A stretch of 64,000 bases of DNA from Candidatus Omnitrophota bacterium (GTDB taxonomy: Bacteria; Omnitrophota; Gorgyraeia; Zapsychrales; Zapsychraceae), in the NCBI GenBank assembly GCA_029261065.1, contig JAJDCB010000024.1, positions 12,129 to 76,128 of the forward strand. The letters are read 5' to 3'. A program made the position numbers and the translations under genes. How positions within the stretch are numbered: position 1 is the first letter of the stretch; each line of letters opens with the position of its first letter. The notes under the pieces are model-generated. The model was not told the origin of the DNA, searched no databases, and saw nothing but the letters and a program-made list of their open reading frames with translations. Positions 41,641 to 54,003 of this stretch are shown in pieces.

Positions 41641-43338
41641 CTAACGATCCGTAACAGCTCCAAGTGAAGCCGAAGTTACATTCCGCATATACTTAGCCAA
41701 TACCCCTCTAGTATAACGTGGCTTTGGTGCTTTCCATTGAGATAATCGTTTTTTAATTTCTGCTTGAGGAATATCTAAATTGAGTTCCCGTTTCTTGGCA
41801 TCAATCGTTATTTTGTCACCATTTTTAACAATCGCAAGTGGTCCACCTTCATACGCTTCAGGAGAGATATGTCCAACAACAAATCCATGACTTCCTCCGG
41901 AAAATCTTCCATCGGTTATAAGAGCCACATCTTTGCCTAATCCTCTTCCCATGACCGCTGATGTTGGGGATAACATCTCTCGCATACCAGGGCCACCCTT
42001 AGGTCCTTCATAACGAATAACAATAACATCACCTTTTTTAATCGTGCCATCTAAAATACGTTTAAGCGCTTCTTCTTCCGATTCAAAAACACAAGCCTGA
42101 CCTTCAAAGTATTCACCTTCTTTACCTGATATCTTAGCAACCGCACCCTCTTTTGCAAGGTTTCCATATAAAATTACCAAATGGCTTGTTTTTTTGATGG
42201 GGTTATCAAACGAACGAATAACCTCTTGAGATTTTGGATAAGGTTTTACCTGCTTTAAATTTTCTTTTAGTGTTTTACCTGTGACGGTCAGACAATCCCC
42301 ATGCAATAATCCTTTCTCTAACAAAATCTTCATCATCGGTGTGATACCACCAATCTTAACTAATGCTGCCATAACAAAACGGCCGCTAGGTTTAAGGTCG
42401 GCTAATACAGGAACATGTTTTCCAATACGCGTAAAATCATCAATTGTGATTTTAATGTCCATGGCATCTGCCATAGCGATAAGATGTAACACAGAATTAG
42501 TTGATCCGCCAAGTGCGATAACAACCGTAATCGCATTTTCAAAAGCCTTCTTCGTTAAAATATCTTTAGGACAAATGTTTTTCTTTAATAGATTGAGAAC
42601 CGCGTGACCGGCATTGATACAATCATCACGTTTGGCTTTTGAGGTGGCTGCTTGTGCCGAGCTATTGGGTAAACTCATTCCTAATGCTTCAATCGCACAG
42701 GCCATGGTATTGGCGGTATACATCCCTCCGCAGGACCCAGGTCCGGGGATGGCGCATGTTTCGATGCTCGTTAAATCTTTTTTAGAAATGCGTTTGTTTG
42801 CATATTCCCCAACAGCCTCAAAAATAGAAACAATGTCTTGATCTTCTCCCTTAAAACAACCAGGCAAAATGGTTCCGCCATACACAAAAACAGAAGGACG
42901 ATTTAAACGCGCCATAGCAATGAGACAACCAGGCATATTTTTATCACATCCACCAACCGCAACCATGCCATCAAATCCTTGGCAACCCATAACCGTTTCA
43001 ATGGAATCCGCGATAACTTCACGCGAGACAAGAGAATATTTCATTCCCTCTGATCCCATGGAGATGCCATCAGAAATCGTAATCGTATTAAAAATGACGG
43101 CCTTTCCCCCTGCCGCATCAGCGCCTTTGGCGGCATTAAGGCTAAGTTTATCAATATGCATATTACACGGTGTCACCTGACTCCAGGTGGAGGCAATACC
43201 AATTTGAGGTTTTTTGAAATCTTCCGTTTTGAAACCAACAGCACGAAGCATCCCACGAGATGGGGCGCGATCGTAACCATCGGTTACAATGGAGGAATGT
43301 TTGCGGATATTTTTTGCCATTATGAGGTAACCAACCAA
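41641..43338 (-). CDS. ilvD: Dihydroxy-acid dehydratase (IlvD/EDD family)
   Basis: 565 aa; IlvD/EDD motifs (CDKxxP, SDGxxMG, GGSTN, and [Fe-S] Cys ligands). Confidence 0.85.
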   Translation of the reverse strand: MVGYLIMAKNIRKHSSIVTDGYDRAPSRGMLRAVGFKTEDFKKPQIGIASTWSQVTPCNMHIDKLSLNAAKGADAAGGKAVIFNTITISDGISMGSEGMKYSLVSREVIADSIETVMGCQGFDGMVAVGGCDKNMPGCLIAMARLNRPSVFVYGGTILPGCFKGEDQDIVSIFEAVGEYANKRISKKDLTSIETCAIPGPGSCGGMYTANTMACAIEALGMSLPNSSAQAATSKAKRDDCINAGHAVLNLLKKNICPKDILTKKAFENAITVVIALGGSTNSVLHLIAMADAMDIKITIDDFTRIGKHVPVLADLKPSGRFVMAALVKIGGITPMMKILLEKGLLHGDCLTVTGKTLKENLKQVKPYPKSQEVIRSFDNPIKKTSHLVILYGNLAKEGAVAKISGKEGEYFEGQACVFESEEEALKRILDGTIKKGDVIVIRYEGPKGGPGMREMLSPTSAVMGRGLGKDVALITDGRFSGGSHGFVVGHISPEAYEGGPLAIVKNGDKITIDAKKRELNLDIPQAEIKKRLSQWKAPKPRYTRGVLAKYMRNVTSASLGAVTDR

Positions 43339-43940
43339 GGTTGATTGGTTTTAAGATGTGTTTCAAAAGTGTCAATTTTATCTGTAAATTGCATGGTCCA
43401 TCCGATTTGATCTAATCCTTTTAATAAACATTCTTTAGCAAAAGAATTTATCTCAAAAGAGTGTTCGCGACCATTAGGAGCAATAACAACTTGTTTTTCT
43501 AAATCAGCTGAAATTTCAGTATTTGGTTTGCCTTCGACTTGATTAAATAAGTCATCAATGTCTTTAGTTGGTAACGTCACTAAAAGAATTCCGTTTTTAA
43601 CACAATTGTTATAAAAGATGTCAGCAAAACTGGGGGCAATGATCAAAAGAAAACCATAATCGGCTAACGCCCAAGGCGCATGTTCACGAGAAGATCCACA
43701 GCCAAAATTGTCACGTGTTAACAAGACGCTTGATTGGCGATAGGCTTCTTTATTTAAGATGAAATCAGGATTTTCTTGAGTGCCTTCGTAATCCAAAAAA
43801 CGCCATTCGTGAAAGAGATGTTTTCCAAATCCCGTGCGTTCAATTTTGCGAAGAAATTGTTTAGGAATGATCGCGTCGGTATCGATATTCACACGATCGA
43901 TGGGGGCCACGATTCCTGAATGTTTGATAAAAGGTTTCAT
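43320..43940 (-). CDS. leuD: 3-isopropylmalate dehydratase small subunit (aconitase-family swivel domain)
   Basis: 206 aa; LeuD-type sequence ([11 protein letters not shown]). Follows leuC with a 3-nt gap. Confidence 0.8.
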   Translation of the reverse strand: MKPFIKHSGIVAPIDRVNIDTDAIIPKQFLRKIERTGFGKHLFHEWRFLDYEGTQENPDFILNKEAYRQSSVLLTRDNFGCGSSREHAPWALADYGFLLIIAPSFADIFYNNCVKNGILLVTLPTKDIDDLFNQVEGKPNTEISADLEKQVVIAPNGREHSFEINSFAKECLLKGLDQIGWTMQFTDKIDTFETHLKTNQPWLVTS

Positions 43941-43943
43941 TGC

Positions 43944-45344
43944 TTAAAGGATCTCTCTTATATCTGAAATTTTTCCATTGATGGCGGCTAAAACAACCAT
44001 TTCAGGGCTCATTAAATGCGTTCGTCCGCCAGGTCCTTGTCGTCCTTCAAAGTTTCTATTACTTGATGAGGCACAACGTTCGCCTTTTTTAAGTTGATCG
44101 TCATTCATCCCCAAACACATCGAGCAACCCGCAAAACGCCATTGGAATCCAGCTTCCGTAAAGATTTTATCTAATCCTTCCGCTTGAGCTTGATTACGCA
44201 CACGGCCAGAACCAGGAACAACAATGGCTTCAACGTTTGCGTGCACTTTTTTTCCTTTAACGATTTCGGCAGCGACTCGTAAATCTTCAATACGGCCATT
44301 GGTACAAGAACCCAAAAATGCTTTTTCGATTGTGATGTTATTCATCGGCGTCCCGGGCTTTAAATCCATATAATCAAGGGCATTACGAGCCCCTGTTCTT
44401 TCGACGGGATCTGTGAATGAATCAGGATCTGGAACAACACCATCGATTGATGTCACTTGTCCGGGTGATGTTCCCCAAGTCACTTGAGGTTTAATATCTT
44501 CCGCTTTAATATCCATTCTGTGATCAAAAGAGGCTCCTTCATCACTCGATAACGTTTTCCAATAAGCAACAGCTTGTTCCCACAATTCACCTACGGGAGA
44601 AAACTCTTTATCTTTTAAATACGCAAACGTTGTGTTATCAGGAGCAATCATGCCCGCTCGTCCCCCCGCTTCAATACTCATGTTACAAATCGTCATCCGG
44701 CCTTCCATGGATAAATTTTTGATAGCGCCTCCGGCGTATTCCATCACATAACCCGTCGCCCCAGCTGTTCCAATTTGACCAATAATATAAAGAATAATAT
44801 CTTTAGGCGTAACCCCTTTTTCAAGGTTGCCTTCGATATTGATTAACATTGTTTTTGATTTGTTTTGTTGAAGAGTTTGTGTGGCCAAAACATGTTCGAC
44901 CTCTGAGGTTCCAATACCAAAAGCCAAAGAACCAAAAGCGCCATGTGTCGCGGTGTGTGAATCGCCACAAACAATAACTGTTCCAGGCTTCGTAATCCCT
45001 AATTCAGGACCAATGACATGAACAATACCCTGATTTTTATGAGAAAAGTCATAAAGCGTGACATCAAATTCTTTGCAGTTTTTAGACAATGTATCCATTT
45101 GAATGCGTGACGTTTCCTCAACCAACGACCAATCTTTCGTTCGTGTTGAAACATTATGATCCATCGTCGCAAACGTCTTCTCAGGACAACGCACCCCGCG
45201 TTTTGTAAGTCTTAATCCTTCAAACGCTTGCGGACTTGTCACTTCATGAACAAGATGAAGATCGACATAAATAATAGAAGTATCCCCTTGTGACTCCCGC
45301 ACCAAATGCGCATCCCAAATTTTTTCGAACATTGTTTTTGGCAT
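43944..45344 (-). CDS. leuC: 3-isopropylmalate dehydratase large subunit
   Basis: Aconitase-family catalytic domains. [15 protein letters not shown] aligns with the LeuC N-terminus, so the start is more likely 45344 than the ORF-track 45419. Confidence 0.8.
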   Translation of the reverse strand: MPKTMFEKIWDAHLVRESQGDTSIIYVDLHLVHEVTSPQAFEGLRLTKRGVRCPEKTFATMDHNVSTRTKDWSLVEETSRIQMDTLSKNCKEFDVTLYDFSHKNQGIVHVIGPELGITKPGTVIVCGDSHTATHGAFGSLAFGIGTSEVEHVLATQTLQQNKSKTMLINIEGNLEKGVTPKDIILYIIGQIGTAGATGYVMEYAGGAIKNLSMEGRMTICNMSIEAGGRAGMIAPDNTTFAYLKDKEFSPVGELWEQAVAYWKTLSSDEGASFDHRMDIKAEDIKPQVTWGTSPGQVTSIDGVVPDPDSFTDPVERTGARNALDYMDLKPGTPMNNITIEKAFLGSCTNGRIEDLRVAAEIVKGKKVHANVEAIVVPGSGRVRNQAQAEGLDKIFTEAGFQWRFAGCSMCLGMNDDQLKKGERCASSSNRNFEGRQGPGGRTHLMSPEMVVLAAINGKISDIREIL

Positions 45345-45555
45345 AGTATAGATATTTTTGTAAATTGGCCTGAACAGACTTTTTAGGAAATTAATAAGCT
45401 CAGATTGTATATGATTCATTTCTTATTGTCAATATTTGAATACGAACAGTTAATTAAGAAAAGATATAGGCTTTATTGTTTTATACTGACCCCAGTTAAC
45501 AAAAAGGGCTAAATAGTGTTGAATTAAGTTCCAAGAAAGGAGTCTAATTTTTATT

Positions 45556-47004
45556 CTAAAAAGCCGATGGATACAATAATTCTATTAAGGTTTGGTCGCC
45601 AAAATATTTGTAATCTCGATTACCTGGATCCGTCAATAGTTGACTAAAGTCTAAAGAGTCATAAGTTGAATTGTGTCGTGACTGTTCTATGTGAGCGATG
45701 AGCCGGGCCGAGGGTTGATCGAAAACGGCTCTTTTTTGTAAGATTCCATAGTCTATCCAGCCATAACAGAGAGTTAAGATTAGACAATTTATTGCAATAA
45801 TTTTATTTGATAGAGACCAATTGGGAAAGGGATTTATCTGGTCATGGGCAATGAGTATATATATAGCTGTCATCATGAAGGCCCAATAAAAGTAGGCCCA
45901 GTATAAGGTTTGTTTGAGATAGCTTAGGCTGCGTGGGCCGACGCGAAAAATGGAGAATAAAAAACATAGCAAAAGAATTAGGCTAATAAATAGAAAAAAC
46001 AAATTTTTTAGCCCTGTTTCCCCTTTCATCAATGTTCGACTTTTTTTTAGAACTAAGAAACCCTTGATAATGAGAATGATGTTTAAGATAGTTAAAGGAT
46101 TAAATTGAGTAATAATTTTAAACGAAAAACGTTCTGCTAAGAAACAAAATTGATTTTGAAAAGGGAAAATCCCTAAGTTAAGCCATCGAAGAAAGACACA
46201 GGGGATGTTGCCTAAGCCTTTTGTCAAAAATTTTCCTTTAATGGCATAGCCTTGCTGACTAGAAAGACTTGAATAATAATTTGCGAACCAGTTGATACCA
46301 TTAAACGCCATAAACACAAGAATGGGGACAAAAAGCATAACAAGCCATTTCTTTCCTTCTCTATTTTGTGGCCAGGTTGCCCAAAGATAAAGGATCAACC
46401 CCAATATTATAAACACGCTAAATTCGCAAAACAAACAGGCCATTGTCAGCATAACGCTGTTGGTGACAATCATCTTTTTTAACGTTATGTGTTGGCGTAC
46501 AAATAAAAAACAATTCCGAATGGCCAAAAATACGAATATAAGCGATACAAGATAGCCATTGATATTTGTCCAGATGACCAAGTCCAAATTAACGGGCATA
46601 ACCGAGAACATCGCTGTAAATAAAAGCGCTAACCAACTCTCCTTGATGCTGGTTAAGAGTCGCCATAAGACCCACAAAAATATCAAATGAAATCCAATTC
46701 CAACTAATTGCCAAAGATGAAAAGAATAGCCGAACAAAAAGCGCTCTGTTCCTAAGAGAGCATACAAAAAAGGACGAAAAAGCCAAGTATCACCAGAGGA
46801 GATATATGTGCCGCGATTTAAGTCCATATTTTTTAGCACTAAGGATGAGAAATTTGTTTGATCAGCGACTGTAGATAGATAAGCGATTTGATCACTACGG
46901 GGAATGTGTTTTAAAGAAGGCCAAAAAACAATAAGATTAAATATACAAATCAGAGCGAAAAAAAAGTATGTATTAAAGATCTTCTTGTTTGTTTGATTCA
47001 TCAT
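45556..47004 (-). CDS. Polytopic integral membrane protein (>=10 predicted TM), possible GT-C-type glycosyltransferase or polysaccharide-export component
   Basis: 482 aa, very hydrophobic and aromatic-rich. No soluble domain recognised. Same strand, immediately downstream of the FemAB-like/deacetylase pair. Confidence 0.4.
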   Translation of the reverse strand: MMNQTNKKIFNTYFFFALICIFNLIVFWPSLKHIPRSDQIAYLSTVADQTNFSSLVLKNMDLNRGTYISSGDTWLFRPFLYALLGTERFLFGYSFHLWQLVGIGFHLIFLWVLWRLLTSIKESWLALLFTAMFSVMPVNLDLVIWTNINGYLVSLIFVFLAIRNCFLFVRQHITLKKMIVTNSVMLTMACLFCEFSVFIILGLILYLWATWPQNREGKKWLVMLFVPILVFMAFNGINWFANYYSSLSSQQGYAIKGKFLTKGLGNIPCVFLRWLNLGIFPFQNQFCFLAERFSFKIITQFNPLTILNIILIIKGFLVLKKSRTLMKGETGLKNLFFLFISLILLLCFLFSIFRVGPRSLSYLKQTLYWAYFYWAFMMTAIYILIAHDQINPFPNWSLSNKIIAINCLILTLCYGWIDYGILQKRAVFDQPSARLIAHIEQSRHNSTYDSLDFSQLLTDPGNRDYKYFGDQTLIELLYPSAF

Positions 47005-47142
47005 GATGGGGGATTATACAGATATTGGTTGGAGAAAGCAAGGTGTGCCCATTCAACGAAAAACGAATCAAATAAAGTCACCCGTATTTGATTTATAAAT
47101 TTTTGTTCTGCACAATGTTAACAATAGCGTCTGCTATTTTTC

Positions 47143-48174
47143 TTAAAGAGGGAATTGTTTTATCGCATGTTGTCCAATAATTTTTGTGATGAAGACAGGC
47201 ATTTTTTTGTAAAGAGATAAGGCTAACCCCATTTTATTTTTGGATTCTCCTACTGAGGGTGGATGTTTGGTATTTTTTAAAAAATAAGAATGGTAAACTT
47301 GTTCTGGGGCGCCACCCCATTGACGTTTAAATAAATAGGTTCCTGAACCATGTTGACTGCGACCAAAATTAAAATTTTTAAACCCTGCCTCGCCACTATT
47401 TTTGATAGCCTCCCAATAGAGAAGAAAATTAGGACTATAACGGAAGTATTCTCTTAATGATGATGCGAATAAATTAAAAGCTAAATCTTTAAAACAAAAT
47501 AATAGAAGTCCTCCTATCATTTTATCGTTGTGATAAGCAACAAACAATTTTGAGGGAAAGATATTACAAAGCTGTTGCATAAAAGATATAGGATACGTTA
47601 GCCCACCGATGTCTCTCATATTGCGTGCATAAATCGTATGGAAATCTTTTAAAGCTGAGATATCTTCTTTAACAATAATTTTTGATTTAATGGCCTTACG
47701 CACAAGATTTCGTGCTTCAGCTTGAAGAGCATTTTTCCAGATTTGATCAGTATCTGTTGATAAAGGTAAAATAAATTCGACATTTTCTTTTGTTACCTTT
47801 TGTGCTGTTTGAATAGCTGAAAACTGACGAAACTCGAGAAAATCAACTTTTAACTCATCTCCTAGTTTTTGAGCCTTTTTTATTAGCTCTTCTTGAGCAT
47901 CATTATCATCAGCTAGAAGTCCGCTCGCGCCGAATGGTACATTAATTAAAATTTTTCCGAAAGGTTTTGTTCTTGCAAAAAAAAGGGGTAATACGCCCTT
48001 GATAACACCATTGTTTTCTGCCGTCAGATAATATCCTTTATAGCCATAATATTGTTCAATGAGTTGCTTTAAGCCATAATCATGAAAAATGGTTGCGTTG
48101 TTATTGTGTTGGATATACTCATTCCAAGTCAATTTTTTATCAGAATTTGAAATGTTGGGGGGCGTCATCTGCAT
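47143..48174 (-). CDS. FemAB-family (GNAT-fold aminoacyl/peptidyl transferase-like) protein, of the kind associated with exopolysaccharide loci
   Basis: 343 aa; N-terminal ...WNEYIQH...IFHDYG... region. Overall size and pattern recall FemAB-related proteins found adjacent to polysaccharide deacetylases. 35-nt overlap with the upstream deacetylase gene. Confidence 0.5.
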   Translation of the reverse strand: MQMTPPNISNSDKKLTWNEYIQHNNNATIFHDYGLKQLIEQYYGYKGYYLTAENNGVIKGVLPLFFARTKPFGKILINVPFGASGLLADDNDAQEELIKKAQKLGDELKVDFLEFRQFSAIQTAQKVTKENVEFILPLSTDTDQIWKNALQAEARNLVRKAIKSKIIVKEDISALKDFHTIYARNMRDIGGLTYPISFMQQLCNIFPSKLFVAYHNDKMIGGLLLFCFKDLAFNLFASSLREYFRYSPNFLLYWEAIKNSGEAGFKNFNFGRSQHGSGTYLFKRQWGGAPEQVYHSYFLKNTKHPPSVGESKNKMGLALSLYKKMPVFITKIIGQHAIKQFPL

Positions 48175-49147
48175 GAACGTTTTTTCCTTTTAAAGAGGCT
48201 GCCATCTCATTAAGGGTAATGAGTGTATAATCGCGTTTCATCCAATTTAGCAGACTAGAAAAGGAAGTTAAACGTTTTTCTAAGGGGAGCGAACAATAGG
48301 TTTTGGTAAGAATAAAATCTTCTTCTACTCCTGCGATATCACTTTCTTGAGTAAATTCGTTAATATGAAATTGAAGATTGATCATAGGTCTGCGGCTTAA
48401 ATTATAAAATAATGAGGCTGGAAGAAAACGATGAAAACAAAGAAGCACTGCACTGATAAAGGGCAAATCGATTCCTTTCATTTTCCCAATCGGAATTTCT
48501 ATAAAACTAGATTTCTCATCATTTTCTTCTTTTTTCCAAAAGGCATCCGCCCTCGGAATATAGGGAACGGCTGGTGAAGCATAATGTTTCAATTTCTGTA
48601 AAACCAAATAATTTTTATTTTTAATAAACAATTGTTTATAAATACTTTTCAAGATGAAATAAAATAAAGAATTGTTTAACGAGGCATCATATGAATATTG
48701 ACGTTTTCGTAAAATTGTAAAAACATCTTCATCGATTGTATAACCAGGCGCTCTAAATCCTTCTGGTCGTTTTCCCGTAATCCTTTCTATTTCTTTCTCC
48801 GCCAGCGCAATCTCCTGCTCTTTATCCACCATGGAAAGAAGCGCAAATTGCTTAGGATGATTCATCGTGTGATTAGCAATCTCATGGCCGTCGTTATCAA
48901 TAGATTTGATAACTTCTGGAAATGTCTTTACATCTTGACCAATACAGAAAAAAGTAGCTTTAAGATTTTCACTTCTAAGAAAATTTAAAAATCGTGGTAC
49001 AACCCTTTGATAAGTAATTTCCTTTAAAAGGTTAGGATTATTCGAAGGCTCACGCAAATCATCGTTAAGCGTATCGAGGTCAATGTTGATATTGGCAAAA
49101 GTTTTATTTTGTGACATTAGTTTAGTAATAATAAAGATGGCAAACAT
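48140..49147 (-). CDS. Polysaccharide deacetylase (CE4 / NodB-homology domain)
   Basis: 335 aa; the NodB motifs TFFCIGQD and HEIANHTMNHP are visible. Confidence 0.8.
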   Translation of the reverse strand: MFAIFIITKLMSQNKTFANINIDLDTLNDDLREPSNNPNLLKEITYQRVVPRFLNFLRSENLKATFFCIGQDVKTFPEVIKSIDNDGHEIANHTMNHPKQFALLSMVDKEQEIALAEKEIERITGKRPEGFRAPGYTIDEDVFTILRKRQYSYDASLNNSLFYFILKSIYKQLFIKNKNYLVLQKLKHYASPAVPYIPRADAFWKKEENDEKSSFIEIPIGKMKGIDLPFISAVLLCFHRFLPASLFYNLSRRPMINLQFHINEFTQESDIAGVEEDFILTKTYCSLPLEKRLTSFSSLLNWMKRDYTLITLNEMAASLKGKNVHADDAPQHFKF

Positions 49148-49181
49148 ATTATCTATAAAATATATTTACCATCTTTAGGTT

Positions 49182-51884
49182 TTAAGCCAATTTTCGAATA
49201 ACAGTCTGCAGAATACCTCCATTACGGAAATAATCAATTTCCACAGGAGTATCCAAACGAACTGTCATTGAAAAGGTTTGTGATGAGCCTTTAGGAGGGG
49301 TTGCAGTAACCTTAATTGTCTGGCGTGGTTTTAGCGTATCATCAACACCTTCAAAGTCAAATGTCTCATCCCCCTTTAAGCCTAATTTCTCAGCACTTTG
49401 ATTATTTTGAAATTCTAGAGGTAACACACCCATGCCAGCTAGGTTGCTACGATGAATGCGTTCGTAGCTTTGGGCTAGAACGGCGCGGACACCTAAGAGT
49501 GCGGTTCCTTTTGCTGCCCAGTCACGGCTAGAACCTGTCCCGTATTCTTTTCCAGCCAAGACAACGAGCGGAGTGTTTGATTCTTTATAAAGGTTGGATG
49601 CGGCATAAATGCTCATTTTTTCTTTGGTAGGAAAATGCATCGTCCATGAACCTTCTGTACCTGGAGCTAATTGATTGCGCAGTCGAATATTGGCAAAGGT
49701 TCCGCGTGTCATGATGCGATCATTTCCTCGGCGAGAACCGTAGCTATTAAAATTATTTTGTGAGACCCCCTCTTCTTCTAAATAATCACCAGCTGGACTT
49801 AGTTTTGCAATCGCGCCAGCGGGAGAAATATGATCCGTTGTAATCGAATCGCCCACCATAACCAGAACGCGTGCGCTATTAATTCCTTTAATATCATCGG
49901 GCTCTTTATTCATACCAATAAAAAAGGGTGGTTCTTGAATGTAGGTGCTTTTTTTCTTCCAAGCATATAAATCCGATTTTGTTTCTTTAATCGCATTCCA
50001 ATTTTTATTGCCACGGCTGACATCTTTGTAACGTTTACGAAAGGCTTTGGCGTTAACATATTTGGCGATGTAATCCCCAATCTCTTTTTGTGTTGGCCAA
50101 ATGTCTTTCAGAAAGACATCCTTACCCTTCTTATCTTGTCCAATAGGCTCTTTATCTAAATTTTGATCAACACGACCGGCTAACGCATAGGCGACAACTA
50201 AAGGTGGACTTGTTAGATAGTTCGCTTTTGTATGAGGATTGACTCGGCCTTCAAAATTACGGTTACCACTTAAAACACTAGCCGCCACAAGATCTACTTT
50301 TTGAATAGCGGTTGATACCGCCTCTGGCAACGGTCCACTATTTCCAATACATGTCGTGCAACCATATCCGACAATATGAAATCCTAATTTTTCCAAAAAC
50401 GGCAGTAAGCCTGAGGCGCGAATATATTCATCAACCACTTGAGAACCTGGAGCGAAACTGGTTTTGATATATTTTTTTACCCTTAATCCACGTTCAACAG
50501 CCTTTTTGGCTAATAAGCCGGCTCCAATGAGAACCGAAGGGTTAGACGTGTTGGTACAACTTGTAATAGCCGCAATAACAACGGAACCATGCTCTAATTT
50601 TTCTTTTGTTCCATTTTCAACAAAAGTGCTTTTGCTTAATTCATTTGTTTTTAATCCAAACCCTCTATCTTTTACAGGAGCGATAAGATCTTTTTGAAAG
50701 TTTTGTTTCATCGAAGACATAGGAACTCGGTCTTGAGGCCGTTTGGGTCCAGCTAGACAAGGCTCAACAGTAGAGATATCTAATTCCATGGATGAGGAAT
50801 ATTTAGGGTCTTTGTCTGTTGGCGAATAAAACATATTTTGATCTTTCATGTAACGTTCAACAAGATCAACCTCAGCCGGTGTTCGTCCGGTGAGTTTGTA
50901 GTAATTTAGCGTTTCTTGATCAACAGGAAATAAACCAATGGTAGCTCCATATTCCGGAGCCATGTTTGATAGGGTCGCGCGATCGGGTAAACTTAAATGA
51001 GCAAGACCATCACCAAAGAATTCAACAAATTTGCCAACAACACCTTTGGCCCTTAACATTTGAGTAACCGTTAAAACTAAATCCGTGGCCGTGATCCCTT
51101 CTTTGAGTTGTCCCTTTAATTTAAAACCAACGACTTCGGGCATAAGCATGTAAATAGGTTCACCTAACATAACAGCTTCTGCTTCAATTCCTCCCACGCC
51201 CCAACCCACAATACCCAGTCCATTAATCATCGTTGTGTGACTATCGGTACCAACAAGGCTATCAGGATAGACAACGGTTTCTTTGCCAATCTTTTTCTTT
51301 AAAACCCCTTTGGCTAAATATTCTAAATTGACTTGATGAACAATCCCTGTTGCTGGCGGTACCACACGAAAATTTTTAAAGGCATTCTGCCCCCATTTTA
51401 AAAATTCATAGCGTTCTTTATTACGTTTAAATTCCAAAGCTACATTTTTTCCAAGGGCTGATTTTGATCCAAAAGCATCAACTTGAACGGAGTGATCAAT
51501 AACGAGATCACACGGCACTTGTGGATTAATTTTTTTAATGTCTCCTCCAAGCCTTTTCATTGCCGCTCGCATGGCCGCTAAATCAACAACACAAGGAACC
51601 CCTGTAAAATCTTGTAAAACAACGCGTCCTGGTTTAAACGCAATTTCTTTTGGTTTATTAGATTTTGGAGACCAACTTAATAAATTTTTGATATCTGTTA
51701 ATGTAACTTGATAGTCATCATAATTTCGTATGGCACTTTCTAAGAGGATTTTGATGGAAAAAGGCAAATGCGATGGATCACCTAAACCTACTTTGGCGAG
51801 TTTGGGTAACGAATAAGTTGTAAAACTTGAAGATTTAGATTTGAGTGTTTTTTTAACATCTTTTTGAGGAAATGTGGATCCCAT
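49182..51884 (-). CDS. acnA: Aconitate hydratase A
   Basis: 900 aa; aconitase A/IRP-type four-domain protein with the three Fe-S Cys ligands and SR(R/G) motifs. Confidence 0.9.
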   Translation of the reverse strand: MGSTFPQKDVKKTLKSKSSSFTTYSLPKLAKVGLGDPSHLPFSIKILLESAIRNYDDYQVTLTDIKNLLSWSPKSNKPKEIAFKPGRVVLQDFTGVPCVVDLAAMRAAMKRLGGDIKKINPQVPCDLVIDHSVQVDAFGSKSALGKNVALEFKRNKERYEFLKWGQNAFKNFRVVPPATGIVHQVNLEYLAKGVLKKKIGKETVVYPDSLVGTDSHTTMINGLGIVGWGVGGIEAEAVMLGEPIYMLMPEVVGFKLKGQLKEGITATDLVLTVTQMLRAKGVVGKFVEFFGDGLAHLSLPDRATLSNMAPEYGATIGLFPVDQETLNYYKLTGRTPAEVDLVERYMKDQNMFYSPTDKDPKYSSSMELDISTVEPCLAGPKRPQDRVPMSSMKQNFQKDLIAPVKDRGFGLKTNELSKSTFVENGTKEKLEHGSVVIAAITSCTNTSNPSVLIGAGLLAKKAVERGLRVKKYIKTSFAPGSQVVDEYIRASGLLPFLEKLGFHIVGYGCTTCIGNSGPLPEAVSTAIQKVDLVAASVLSGNRNFEGRVNPHTKANYLTSPPLVVAYALAGRVDQNLDKEPIGQDKKGKDVFLKDIWPTQKEIGDYIAKYVNAKAFRKRYKDVSRGNKNWNAIKETKSDLYAWKKKSTYIQEPPFFIGMNKEPDDIKGINSARVLVMVGDSITTDHISPAGAIAKLSPAGDYLEEEGVSQNNFNSYGSRRGNDRIMTRGTFANIRLRNQLAPGTEGSWTMHFPTKEKMSIYAASNLYKESNTPLVVLAGKEYGTGSSRDWAAKGTALLGVRAVLAQSYERIHRSNLAGMGVLPLEFQNNQSAEKLGLKGDETFDFEGVDDTLKPRQTIKVTATPPKGSSQTFSMTVRLDTPVEIDYFRNGGILQTVIRKLA

Positions 51885-52109
51885 GAATTGACTCCAATTT
51901 AAAATATTAATAAATCGAACATTTTATTAGATGCTGAGTATTATATAGAATGCTTAATGGGGCGTCAACAGAGCAATTAGTTATTATTTAAAAATTAAGA
52001 GATAAATGGTAAAAATATATTAAAATTTTCTTGCAATAGCCTCAATCAATGCCTAATATAAGTCAATTATAGCGTTAACCTAAATCCTACCTAATTTAAG
52101 GGAAATACC

Positions 52110-53627
52110 TTGAAAGTATGTATTCTAAATCCATCTTTTGGAGATGATTTTGTGCGTGTGGCGCGTTGGGCGGCAAAGTCCAGAGGACGGGTTCAACGCC
52201 ATCCAGAATATATGTTAACAGCGGCACAAGTCCTTATTGATCAAGGTCATGACGTTATTTATGTTGAGGCCGCAGCCCGAAACTTTACACCTGAAGAAAC
52301 CTATAAAATCGTTAATGATTTTAAGCCTGAATTGTTAATGCTTCATGCAACAACTCCCTCCATTTATAACGATATCGAACAAGCCAAGGTTATTAAAGAA
52401 CAAAACAATTGCAAGGTTGCCTTTGTCGGTCAACATGCGAGTGCTGAACCAGAAAATACCATTACGATTAGTGAGGGTGTTGTGGATTACATTTTATTAG
52501 GGGAATATGACTACACCCTACGGGATCTTGCCGACGGGTTGACACCATCAAAAGTATTGAGCTTGGTCTGGAATGATGGTGGAAATATTATTACAAACCC
52601 TCAACGTCAATCCATTGATGTTAATGAACTCCCTTTTCCTGCTTGGCAATTAATTGAACCCGAATGGTATCCAGATGGTGGTAAAAAATTTCCATTTTTA
52701 ACGTTAATGACGGGTCGTGGTTGTAATAATGGTTGTACGTTTTGTCGTGACCCTCAAATCATGTATGGCTATCGTCTTCGAAATAGAACGGCACAGAGTG
52801 TTGTGGATGAAATGGAATATGATATTAAATTACACCCACAAGTGCGTGAAATCATGTTTGAAACAGATACCTTTGCTGCTGACGATGAGCATGTGACAGA
52901 AGTTTGTAATGAGATTATTAAAAGAGGATTACATAAGAAAATTAGTTGGTCATGTAATATGCGTGTGAATACTAATCTTGATCTCTTACCTCTTATGCGT
53001 AAATCGGGTTGTCGTATGCTTATGACGGGGTTTGAATTTGGTTATGATGAAGGGTTAAAAGCGGTAGCTAAAGGTGGTGTTGATGTCGCGATGGCGGCTA
53101 AGTACGCGCATAAAGCCAATGAATTAGGTTTTACGATTCATGGATGTTTTATGATTGGTGCTCCTGGCGAAACACGCGAAACAGCCCAACAAACTATCGA
53201 TTTTGCTAAATCTCTTCCCCTGGATACTATACAGATTACAGGTGTAGCAACGTATCCTGGAACATCTATCTATAAATGGGCAAAAGAAAATGAATATCTG
53301 CGGGCCAATGATTGGCGTGAATGGCTCAATGCTGAGAAAGAACAACGAACTTTGTTAAGTTATCCTCAGTTCTCCTCGCAGGATATTGATGAATATATCG
53401 ACCGCGGTTTAAAAGAATTCTATCTACGCCCTAAGCAAATATGGCAGATGTTTATCTCCATTCGAAGTGTGGGCGATTTATTAAGAAAAATACACGGCTT
53501 TAAAGCTTTTACCGATTACTTTTATAAAAAGCTCTCAGGAAAGTTTGACAATCATGATATGCCTGAAACACCAGCTCTAGAAAAACAAGCGGAATCAATA
53601 GAAAGATGTGAAACTGTTGGCGTTTAA
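52110..53627 (+). CDS. B12-binding-domain radical SAM protein (class B-like), substrate unknown
   Basis: 505 aa. Rossmann-like cobalamin-binding N-domain, then radical-SAM GRGCNNGCTFC. Apparent TTG start at 52110 (in-frame TAA 18 nt upstream, AAGGGA SD); no in-frame ATG nearby. Confidence 0.75.
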   Translation: MKVCILNPSFGDDFVRVARWAAKSRGRVQRHPEYMLTAAQVLIDQGHDVIYVEAAARNFTPEETYKIVNDFKPELLMLHATTPSIYNDIEQAKVIKEQNNCKVAFVGQHASAEPENTITISEGVVDYILLGEYDYTLRDLADGLTPSKVLSLVWNDGGNIITNPQRQSIDVNELPFPAWQLIEPEWYPDGGKKFPFLTLMTGRGCNNGCTFCRDPQIMYGYRLRNRTAQSVVDEMEYDIKLHPQVREIMFETDTFAADDEHVTEVCNEIIKRGLHKKISWSCNMRVNTNLDLLPLMRKSGCRMLMTGFEFGYDEGLKAVAKGGVDVAMAAKYAHKANELGFTIHGCFMIGAPGETRETAQQTIDFAKSLPLDTIQITGVATYPGTSIYKWAKENEYLRANDWREWLNAEKEQRTLLSYPQFSSQDIDEYIDRGLKEFYLRPKQIWQMFISIRSVGDLLRKIHGFKAFTDYFYKKLSGKFDNHDMPETPALEKQAESIERCETVGV

Positions 53628-53696
53628 TTGACATCAAGAACTAATTTTGTTATAACGATTTAAAGTATTCCTACCAATCATAAAAGGAGAAAATTC

Positions 53697-53981
53697 ATGA
53701 CTCATGTTGTTACTGAACCTTGTGTAAAATGTAAATATACGGACTGTGTGACAGTATGTCCTGTTGATTGTTTTCATGAAGATGCTGAGATGCTTGTCAT
53801 CGATCCAGAAGTTTGTATCGATTGCGGTGCTTGCATCCCTGAATGCCCTGTTCAAGCAATTTATACCGAAGAAGACGTCCCCGAACAATGGGCAAGCTAT
53901 ACAAAATTAAATGCCGATAAAACGCTTGAATTGCCTGTTATTACTGAGAAAAAAGAACCGTTAGCTAAAGACGATAAGTAA
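53697..53981 (+). CDS. 2x[4Fe-4S] ferredoxin
   Basis: 94 aa; two CxxCxxCxxxCP motifs ([14 protein letters not shown]; [12 protein letters not shown]). 70 nt downstream of the rSAM gene on the same strand. Confidence 0.85.
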   Translation: MTHVVTEPCVKCKYTDCVTVCPVDCFHEDAEMLVIDPEVCIDCGACIPECPVQAIYTEEDVPEQWASYTKLNADKTLELPVITEKKEPLAKDDK

Positions 53982-54003
53982 GGTTTTCAAATATTTTCAA
54001 TTT

